Below, piece after piece: positions 16,250 to 24,100 of a DNA stretch of 64,000 bases. Origin of the DNA: a virus. The stretch's first letter is position 1, and every line of letters begins with the position of its first letter. The notes under the pieces were generated by a model. That model saw nothing but the letters and a program-made list of their open reading frames with translations, did no database searches and had not been told where the DNA came from. Made by a program: the position numbers and the translations under genes. The stretch lies in the IMG/VR virus record IMGVR_UViG_3300032084_001411, positions 2,484 through 66,483 of that record; one strand, written 5' to 3'.

Positions 16250-16402
16250 GGAGATTACGAAAATGGGAGAAAAAGCAGAGGAGTTAGAGGTTATGATGTA
16301 CGGGAAATATCTAGAGGATTACCCAGTTAAGAAACCAGAAAAAGAGAGTGATTATGACGATTACCCTCCACATAAATAGACCGTTTACGAGGAACAAATA
16401 TT

Positions 16403-16609
16403 ATGGCTGATAAGCCTAGAAAAGCCGGGAAAGGTGAGATTCTCAGTGACCAAATAAGTGAGAATTTTGTCCAGTACAACAAACTAAACAAGCAGATACG
16501 GGAAATTTATATTATTTCCTATGCTATCGCATTTATAGGAGTGCTTGGAGCATTAACTTTAGGAGTTAGTTTATATGAACACGTTTTTAAACCCCTGTGT
16601 CATCTTTGA
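16403..16609 (+). CDS. hypothetical membrane protein
   Basis: SD GAGG; one TM segment. Confidence 0.55.
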   Translation: MADKPRKAGKGEILSDQISENFVQYNKLNKQIREIYIISYAIAFIGVLGALTLGVSLYEHVFKPLCHL

Positions 16610-17129
16610 TTTAGACGACACTTTATTCGAAACCCCCGACATTAATTGGTCGGAACCGGAAGATGATTGGTACGAACAGATTGAGAAAGCTATTCCAATT
16701 GAATCAAATGCTTTTCTGTATCAATCCATTGACTATATGATTAATGACCCGCCTGACTGGGCTGCTGGTAACCCTGATTGGCCGCAAGATATATTCTTTT
16801 GTACGGCAAGACCAGATTTCTTTAGAGAGCCTACATTAAAGTCTTTGAGTAAGTTAACTAAAGAGAGTACTTCTTTCTTAAACCGTAGGCTTATAATGAG
16901 ACCATATACTAATGATAGTGACCTAACTCATAGTACAATTAACACTACTAAAGAGTCTAAGACTTGGACTCTAACTCAAGTACTTAATAAAGGTTTCCGT
17001 CCAGTCTTAGTCTTTGATAACTGTCCTGAATCTGTTTCAGTCTATATAGAAGGGGACGCAGATGTGGTCCACCAATCTTTCGCATCTTTCCACGATAAGG
17101 CAAAAGCAATAACTTTATATGCCGTATAA
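16575..17129 (+). CDS. HAD-superfamily phosphatase (PNK phosphatase-like)
   Basis: IFDLDDTL, CTARP, LIMRP, VFDN. Confidence 0.75.
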   Translation: MNTFLNPCVIFDLDDTLFETPDINWSEPEDDWYEQIEKAIPIESNAFLYQSIDYMINDPPDWAAGNPDWPQDIFFCTARPDFFREPTLKSLSKLTKESTSFLNRRLIMRPYTNDSDLTHSTINTTKESKTWTLTQVLNKGFRPVLVFDNCPESVSVYIEGDADVVHQSFASFHDKAKAITLYAV

Positions 17130-17523
17130 AGACCTTGAGGCTTTAAAACAATATAAAAGAGAATATTACCAGAAGAACAAAGAGTCCTACAAGAGGAGTA
17201 GTGCTAAGAGTAAAAAGAAGCGCCGCCCAAAGAAAAGGGAGTTCTCAAAACGTTATAAACTCTTTTGTGGATGTAGGAGATGCGGGTATGACAAAGCTGC
17301 TAATGCCTTAGAGTACCATCATATAGACCCCTCTGAAAAAGACAGCACTGTATCTAGACTTATAGCAGGTAACTGGGGGTTAGAAACAATAAAAAAAGAA
17401 ATAAGGAAATGTGTAGTTCTATGCGCTAACTGCCATAGAGAAGTACACGAGGAGATTGAACAAGGAGTAGAACATGAGTGGTTTTTGGATACCAGTACTA
17501 GTATTAATTCTAAACAGCGCTAA
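17119..17523 (+). CDS. free-standing HNH endonuclease
   Basis: CRRCGY..LEYHHIDPSEK..EIRKCVVLCANCHREVH. Confidence 0.85.
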   Translation: MPYKDLEALKQYKREYYQKNKESYKRSSAKSKKKRRPKKREFSKRYKLFCGCRRCGYDKAANALEYHHIDPSEKDSTVSRLIAGNWGLETIKKEIRKCVVLCANCHREVHEEIEQGVEHEWFLDTSTSINSKQR

Positions 17524-17683
17524 TCCACAACTTCTATATGACTCAACAGTTGTATATGATTCAGAACGAGAGTGTTTGCGAGAAGCTAGAGACAGAACAA
17601 GTGCTATACCCGAGGAAGTATTAGACGAAGCAAACTCATTACACTTTGCTTGCTTTTACATACCTGACATTAGAGGTATATAA
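17474..17683 (+). CDS. hypothetical exported protein
   Basis: Hydrophobic N-terminus, two Cys; last gene of + arm. Confidence 0.5.
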   Translation: MSGFWIPVLVLILNSANPQLLYDSTVVYDSERECLREARDRTSAIPEEVLDEANSLHFACFYIPDIRGI

Positions 17684-17692
17684 TGATAAGAA

Positions 17693-17953
17693 TTATTTGG
17701 TCGTGCCCTGACCACGCTCTCTATGAGGATTTAGGGCATCTACCTTGGCATAACAAGCTTTTAAATCGTTTTCATACTCGAATATCTTATTTCTGGTATC
17801 GCGTTGTGTCTCTATCCCCGTTAAAGTAGGGAGAGGTTTATTTTCATAGAACTCTTTATCAAACTTCTTATCGTGTACTGTGCAAGCGCTCAAAGCCACG
17901 AGAGAGACAAATAGAAATAGGGTCGTCGCAAGATGGTAATCCTTCATTATCAA
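17693..17953 (-). CDS. putative o-spanin (Rz1-like lipoprotein)
   Basis: Lipobox LSAC after hydrophobic stretch; overlaps i-spanin 3' end. Confidence 0.6.
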   Translation of the reverse strand: MIMKDYHLATTLFLFVSLVALSACTVHDKKFDKEFYENKPLPTLTGIETQRDTRNKIFEYENDLKACYAKVDALNPHRERGQGTTK

Positions 17954-18170
17954 GTTCCTCTTTAATCCTTTCTAATTCTTCAGTATCGAATCTTACTCGG
18001 TTCTGGTACTCCACTAAAGCAGTATTACTCGCTTCTAATTGAGCTTTTAACCGTTTCAACTCTTTATTCTCGACTAGCACCCCCTTCGAGTACCAACCAA
18101 GTCCAAAAATAAGCAAAATGCCCCCTAACCGTAAGGCAGGGAGCATTGCTTTTAGTAATACAGGGGGCAT
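17868..18170 (-). CDS. putative i-spanin (Rz-like)
   Basis: N-terminal TM plus coiled coil, in lysis cassette. Confidence 0.6.
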   Translation of the reverse strand: MPPVLLKAMLPALRLGGILLIFGLGWYSKGVLVENKELKRLKAQLEASNTALVEYQNRVRFDTEELERIKEELDNEGLPSCDDPISICLSRGFERLHSTR

Positions 18171-18362
18171 TTACTCTTCCTGTGTAGGCTTGAAAAGTGA
18201 GGTGTTTGTAATGGCGCGAAGGGCGAACATTACGATACCGATACCAGTAATGATAAGTCCAGCGGTATCTTCGTTAACAAGAGATGTAAAATCAAATGTT
18301 TCAAGAGCACCGAGAACAGTAATCACCAAACTAACAATAGCTGTTTTATATCCTGATAGCAT
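18171..18362 (-). CDS. putative holin
   Basis: 63 aa, two TM segments, GYKT start and ALRAIT motif, next to lysozyme. Confidence 0.65.
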   Translation of the reverse strand: MLSGYKTAIVSLVITVLGALETFDFTSLVNEDTAGLIITGIGIVMFALRAITNTSLFKPTQEE

Positions 18363-18384
18363 AGTTACGTTCCTTTCTTTTTCC

Positions 18385-19014
18385 TTAAAGTTTTGCTAAA
18401 GCGTCTATGAAATCGTTGACTCGTACTGGAGTCTGCTTAAACCATAGACTTCTCCGCAAATTTCTTATAGCACTATTATACTTCTTATTTTTAATATGTG
18501 CATATGTATTCTTAAATTTTCGTACCCAACCAGTCCCTAATTGGTAGTTCACAGAGGCTAAAGCTACTATAAAATCAACGTTATTTGAGTGCCCCAACTC
18601 TTCAGCTTGTCCGTAAGCGGCATCTAAAGCTTCTTTACTGTCTACTTTGAAAAACCCTTCAACTCGTTTTTCTGTAATTAATCCCCCCACTTTCAAATTA
18701 TCTTCTGGTCTAACTAGATGCCCCCACCCAACTGTAGGCTTACCTAGACTGTCTTTATACACTTTATGTTTACCAGTTTTCTTATCTTTTACCTCGCCCT
18801 CACGAAGCTTAATATGCTTTTTAAACTTTAGGTAAACTTCGTCTTCTAGGTTAACTTCTGTATCTTGGTTTTTGGAGTTTTGGGGGATTGTCATTCCCTG
18901 CGGGAAACTGGACTCCACTTTCAAATATAGCCCCTCCGTACCGGAGAGCCTCCCAATAAGTGTAGCCCATCGTTCTACTAACTTTTTCCAAATATTCATA
19001 ACCTTCGTCTCCAT
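18385..19014 (-). CDS. endolysin, T4-like lysozyme (GH24); true start may be downstream (e.g. 18894)
   Basis: IKLREG..VYKDSLGKPTVGWGHL..YQLG..SLWFKQTPVR. Confidence 0.9.
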   Translation of the reverse strand: METKVMNIWKKLVERWATLIGRLSGTEGLYLKVESSFPQGMTIPQNSKNQDTEVNLEDEVYLKFKKHIKLREGEVKDKKTGKHKVYKDSLGKPTVGWGHLVRPEDNLKVGGLITEKRVEGFFKVDSKEALDAAYGQAEELGHSNNVDFIVALASVNYQLGTGWVRKFKNTYAHIKNKKYNSAIRNLRRSLWFKQTPVRVNDFIDALAKL

Positions 19015-19075
19015 ATAATAATCTAAATGCGCTTTCCTCTGGGCTTAGTATTCGTATAATATCGGCCATTACCAT
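18851..19075 (-). CDS. hypothetical protein
   Basis: AGGA upstream; overlaps the non-catalytic N-terminal extension of the lysozyme ORF. Confidence 0.4.
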   Translation of the reverse strand: MVMADIIRILSPEESAFRLLYGDEGYEYLEKVSRTMGYTYWEALRYGGAIFESGVQFPAGNDNPPKLQKPRYRS

Positions 19076-19233
19076 TCATCCTTAAAACCTCTTCTAATTA
19101 TATCTTTCTTTTTATTTGGTATAACTTTTGGTTTATACTGAGCTTCTTGGAATAGGGCGCGTTTCAACTCTCGGCTCTTAGCGTGAAGCTCTTCCGATAT
19201 TTTACTTTTTGCCTTTCTTGACTTTCCCGCCAC
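19069..19233 (-). CDS. small basic protein (not in ORF track)
   Basis: GTG-start 54 aa ..LKRALFQEAQYKPKVIPNKRK.. filling the intergenic gap. Confidence 0.4.
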   Translation of the reverse strand: MAGKSRKAKSKISEELHAKSRELKRALFQEAQYKPKVIPNKKKDIIRRGFKDEW

Positions 19234-19471
19234 AACGGTACCCTTTCGTCTTTTTTAATTTTTTAGCTGCTTCTGCTTCTTCTTTAGACGTTCGATTACC
19301 AGACTTAATAACTTCTCCTTCTGCAGGTGTTACAGGTTTTCTTTTAGGTTTAGGAGGGGATTTTTTCTTCTTAACGGCCCCGCCTTTAGCGTAACCTTTA
19401 ATCATACCGCCCTTACCATATCCTGCTGGTTTATCGAAGTTCTCTTTACTTCTACCATATTTATCAACCAT
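19202..19471 (-). CDS. small basic protein with three YxxGGx[IV] motifs
   Basis: GYGKGGMI, GYAKGGAV, GYRCGGKV; N-terminus paralogous to 19951-20313. Confidence 0.7.
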   Translation of the reverse strand: MVDKYGRSKENFDKPAGYGKGGMIKGYAKGGAVKKKKSPPKPKRKPVTPAEGEVIKSGNRTSKEEAEAAKKLKKTKGYRCGGKVKKGKK

Positions 19472-19579
19472 AATCAACTTAATTCCTTATCTAATCCTTC
19501 AAAAGTAAAGTTATAAAAACTTTTTATATTATTAACACTCGCTACACTTGACCTACTAAACTCATAGGTCAGCCTATAA

Positions 19580-19948
19580 TTAAGCTTGGTAGAAGAGAAT
19601 GTCTGTAGCAAACGTGTACGCCCCGGTATTTGCATCTCTAGAAATAGAAGGGGTTCTATAAGAGAAACTATCTGGAGTAGTGGCCGCAGCTTCAGCTTCT
19701 TCAATCTCGCGGCCAAAAGCAACTAGCGCTTCAACCAAAAAGTCAAACACATCAGACCCGCTAGCATAACTAAAATGAACAGTATTAGCATCTGCGTCAA
19801 TATCAGTTCCTACCGCTTCTCCATCGTCCAAAGCCGCTGTTACCGTATATTCAGTATCCACAACTGTATCTACCCATGTACCTGCAGTGAATATTTCTGC
19901 GATTTTTTCGTTTACATAACCTACTAGGTCATTTTGTGGGTTAGCCAT
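19580..19948 (-). CDS. hypothetical acidic (virion?) protein
   Basis: 122 aa, in late operon. Confidence 0.65.
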   Translation of the reverse strand: MANPQNDLVGYVNEKIAEIFTAGTWVDTVVDTEYTVTAALDDGEAVGTDIDADANTVHFSYASGSDVFDFLVEALVAFGREIEEAEAAATTPDSFSYRTPSISRDANTGAYTFATDILFYQA

Positions 19949-19950
19949 AT

Positions 19951-20313
19951 CTATTTCTTCCTTTTCTTAATAGTGCCTTTTTTACGGCCCGGAGCAGTCA
20001 TACCATGACCCCTATTTGCCGATTTACTCTGTATTTTTGTATTACCTTTAGAATTATCTCTAGGGTTGTTATTTTTATGGGCAATGTCTTTCCCGTCACC
20101 CTTTTTAGCTCGTCCAGATTTTTCCGCCTCACGTCTAGCTTTATTTCTCGAAGCTCTATCTTTCTTCGCTTTGGCAGATGATTGGAATTTCTTGTACTCA
20201 TCTTTATAATCTCGTACAGCACCACCATTCTTATACCCTTTAATCATACCGCCTTTGCCGTATCCTTCAGGTTTTTCGTAGTTCTCAGTGCTTTTTCCGT
20301 ATTTATCTACCAT
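19951..20313 (-). CDS. basic HNH-like protein with GG-motif N-terminus
   Basis: RDYKDEY..RASRNKARR..GDGKDIAHKNNNPRDN..N..SANR. Confidence 0.7.
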   Translation of the reverse strand: MVDKYGKSTENYEKPEGYGKGGMIKGYKNGGAVRDYKDEYKKFQSSAKAKKDRASRNKARREAEKSGRAKKGDGKDIAHKNNNPRDNSKGNTKIQSKSANRGHGMTAPGRKKGTIKKRKK

Positions 20314-20322
20314 AGTGTGTTC

Positions 20323-20334
20323 TATTATACCATA
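20323..20334 (-). promoter_or_regulatory. extended -10 promoter TATGGTATAATA
   Basis: Intergenic; identical 12-mer at 37383-37394. Confidence 0.55.
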
Positions 20335-20349
20335 ATATCTTTTAAATTA

Positions 20350-20589
20350 CTAACCTAATATCTCTTTTATCAAGCTGAATACGGCAGAGCCAGAAACTCC
20401 CCCACCCATTGAACCACCTAATAAAATCAAACGATTAATCCATTTTTGGTTTATATTCTGTTCTTCTAAACGGCGAATAGTATCTTCAATAGCTTTAAAT
20501 TTCTCATCATTCTTATCAAATTCGCTCTTATATTCTTTAAGAACCTGTAAAATATGATACCTAAGTTCATCCCATGAAGGCTGTGACAC
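20350..20589 (-). CDS. coiled-coil plus TM protein (holin-like architecture)
   Basis: SD AGGAG, GTG start, C-terminal Gly-rich hydrophobic segment. Confidence 0.55.
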   Translation of the reverse strand: MSQPSWDELRYHILQVLKEYKSEFDKNDEKFKAIEDTIRRLEEQNINQKWINRLILLGGSMGGGVSGSAVFSLIKEILG

Positions 20590-20610
20590 AACAATTCTCC
20601 TGTAGTTTAT

Positions 20611-21105
20611 CTATCCTGCTAATGGAAATATAGCGATTATTATCCCGCCTACAGCTATTATATTAGGTCCTTCATATATAGGGAACTTCGCTAAAATAGC
20701 ATGACTAGCGTCTGCTTGAGGGTTTACCCGATTCGGGACTAACTCTACTGTATATTCAATAGTATTTCCGTCAATAACTTTTGTGTCATTCTCCCTAAAT
20801 TGGTCAGCAACTTCTTCCCCCCAAACATCTACATCTCTTTTCCCTACATAATCACGAATTCTAACATCATAGAGCTTTTGATACGCAGGGCTTATAAACA
20901 TCATTGTACCGTCTACCGCCTTAATCCAGCAAGGAAAAGGTAGGTTTTGAACAAAATTAACCATATAGTCTTGTGATTGGGACTTCGTTCCATCAATAAA
21001 ATCTAAATGGTCTATAACATCTTCTAAACGCTGTAAACTACGGTTTAAATCAACTTTAGAATCTCCTATAGTTATATGAATAGGGTTTGAACTACTTGCT
21101 GGCAT
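20611..21105 (-). CDS. PAS-domain protein
   Basis: NLPFPCWIKAVDG..ISPAYQKLY..YVGKRDVDVWGEEVADQFRENDTKVI..KFPI..AVGGI (PAS_4 pattern); SD AGGAG before ATG 21105. Confidence 0.8.
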   Translation of the reverse strand: MPASSSNPIHITIGDSKVDLNRSLQRLEDVIDHLDFIDGTKSQSQDYMVNFVQNLPFPCWIKAVDGTMMFISPAYQKLYDVRIRDYVGKRDVDVWGEEVADQFRENDTKVIDGNTIEYTVELVPNRVNPQADASHAILAKFPIYEGPNIIAVGGIIIAIFPLAG

Positions 21106-21112
21106 ACTCTCT

Positions 21113-24100
21113 TTACTCCTTATTCTGAACCTGCCCTTGTATTCTTGGAAGACCAAATCTTGTAACGTCTTCACTAATTCTTCTGTCTTTACTAATAGGT
21201 CGTCTCTGTTTAAGAGGTTGTATCTCCGATTCCATTCTACCACGAACAGATTGTTTAAGTGCTCTTACAAACTCTTTCCTAGATTTCGGGGTGTCTGAAT
21301 TCTTATTATATTTCCATGCCTCATGTAAAGCTTTAGCCAATTCCTTACTGGCATTTGGTTCGCCGTTCCTCTTCGCCGCTAAAGCCTTTGCAACTTTAGA
21401 GTAGGTTTTAGTCCTACCCGTTCTATCTGAACCCTGTTCTACGGATTGATAATAGTGTGCTCTAGTCGCTTCACTTACAACTGAAGGTCTAAGCCCCATA
21501 AGCTGCCGGATATACTCATCTGATGCTGAACCGCCATAAAGTTCTGGATTAGATTCAGGGCCTTCTATAATTTTCTTCCCTCTTATATTTCTCAACTCAC
21601 CTTTACGTAAATCCTCCGCTTTCTTAATATTACGGAACCAAATAGGGGCCAAAGAGTCAACAAAAGCTTCACCAGCATTATCCCCGCCCTCAATACGATT
21701 CAGCATGTTCATCGCGCCTGTAGGTATAGTAGCTAAAGGTCCTAAAAACTGTAAAGCTTGAGATTGAGAGGTCATACCATTACTTTCTGGAGATAAGAAT
21801 ACATCTAAAAAGGGTTGTAATGGAAACTGAACCGAGATACGAGTAGAAGCATCTACATCAGCCCCTGCACTTAAAATAGAGCCTTTCATAACAGCGTCTT
21901 TCATTGTAGGATTCCAACCAAGTTCATCCATACCATTAACTAATAATAAATCGAGATTAGTCGGCCCCCCGCCTTCCCCAAGAAGTCTTTGTAGCCACTT
22001 AGTCATCCAATCCCAAGTTTCATAGCCGGGTATCGCAGTCATACCCCCGAAAAGAATAGGATAGACAAGTATCATATTAAGAGCCGCTTTTTTACCTGCT
22101 ACACCACGAGTTGTAAGCAATCGAACCATTTGTTCTAGGACAGAAATAGGATATTGTAAGAAAGCAAAAAGACCAGCGCCAGCACGAGACCTTAACCCAG
22201 AAGGTCTAGGATTTTTCCCAAATATAGCATGGTTCTCATCAATAGCATGTTCAAGAACTGCTTCTTTTGTTATTCTTCCTTCATATTTACTTTTGACTAA
22301 CTCTCTAAATAAAGGGTCGTTATTATGTAACAACTTTCCAATTTGTTGGAACTTTCTAGGTTTTTTTATAGAATCAAGAACCAATAACGCTGTATTTAAA
22401 CGAGCTACGTCTTCTGTAACCTGAATCATACCTTGGCCTACGTTCCGAACAGTTTCTAGCCCCGCCGGAAGACCATCCTGCCCCCTCAGTATCTTTCTTT
22501 GTTTCTCTTGGTTTCTAGAATAGTTAACTGCATCAATAGCGTAACCGGGGTCGAGAACTCCTCTTTCGTATAAACTAAGAAGTGCCTTAGAGTCAGTCTC
22601 AGATAAGCCTACTTTCTTAGAGAACTCAGGAATAGTTCTAGAAGTCAGTAAAGCTTTATTGGCTTGAATCTTACCTGCTTTATATAAAGAAGTGGTAAAA
22701 GATTTAACATTAGATTGAATAAAACCAACTGGGCCTTGGTATTGAGCAAGCCAAGGCAATGTATTCATGTAAGTAGACATAAGCTGTAGTAGGGACGTTG
22801 AAGGGTTACCAGCCAAGAAATACCAGAAAGTAATCTCCCTAATCTTAGCAGCGTCATCAGCAGGAGTACTCATATAGTTATAATAGTCATCTAATTGACG
22901 TAAAGATTTCCTACCTGCTTTTCCTAGTTTCTGCAAATCTTGAGTTGCCTGAGCATATAACTTAGTCATAGGTTGTTGATATTGAAAACGAGTAAGCATA
23001 GCCGACCTAGCATTTAAAGAATCCAACATAGAAGAAATAGGGTCATCTATATCATACCCATAATAATTTTTCTTATCTCTATAATTAAGGAAGAAACGTT
23101 CTGTTTCAGAATCAAAACTAACCTCATCAAAAACTTTATTTAAAACTTCAGGGTCTATGTTTTTATTAGTAAGAAGATTGGACAAGGCTTCATAAGCTAT
23201 ATTAGGGTTTTTAGCGTCTCTCATAATATTCTTACGTAAATCTTCATAAGTCATTAAGAAGGGTTGCGCACCCGTAACAGCTTCTCCTTTAGAAGTAACA
23301 AATACTTCCCCATACTTTTCTTGGTCATCTTGAATACGTTGCCTGACTTCAGATTCATCAGTACGGTCTATATTGCCGAATTTATCTGATTTAATAGAGT
23401 AAAGACCCGCTAACTCGAACTTTTCAGCGTCATCGCCAGTACGTCTATATGTAGCAATTGCATATGGGCCTCTATTACGGGTGTGAGGGAAGTAGGCTTT
23501 TTTACTTCGATAAAGTTTCTCCATCTTATCGAAAATCTCAACCAATTCTTCGAGTTTCTTAGCTTTATTATCTTCGCCTAAAGCACGAAGTTCTTCTATT
23601 GTATCTAAAAGTTCATCTCTTTGTGCTTCTTTTCCAAATCCATAAGTATCAGCAGCTTTATTTTTAAAAGTCTGCATCTCTATTAACAGTTGTTGTTTGA
23701 ATAATTTCTGTAAGTCTTGGATAGCTTGACTAGTTGATAAATCAACCAACTTCTTTGTACCGTCTACATCGGTAAACCTAACTTGACCAGCTTCATTTGT
23801 TTCTATAAACTGAGCACCATTTTTATTATGGGGGCCAGCTAATATATCTAGAACAGCCGAGGCCCCTTCTAAACGCTTAATGCCGTGTTGTTCTTTTAAA
23901 AGAATAAAATCGTTTAGATGCTGTCTAAAAAGCTGCTCTCTAAAAGCATCTTTAGCTCTATATAGCTGAAAGAACGGAGCAAAAATAGGTTCGCTCCTAG
24001 CTTTCGCCCCCATAGTTTTCAAGAAATCAAATGACCTCAACATTGACTTATACGTGCTGCCAATCCCAGACTTCTTATACGAGTTCCTGTCTAAATCATA

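Noticed and set aside
21106-21243. Long overlap of the PAS ORF with the large virion gene
   Set aside because: An SD-preceded ATG at 21105 removes the overlap; the upstream extension is probably incidental.
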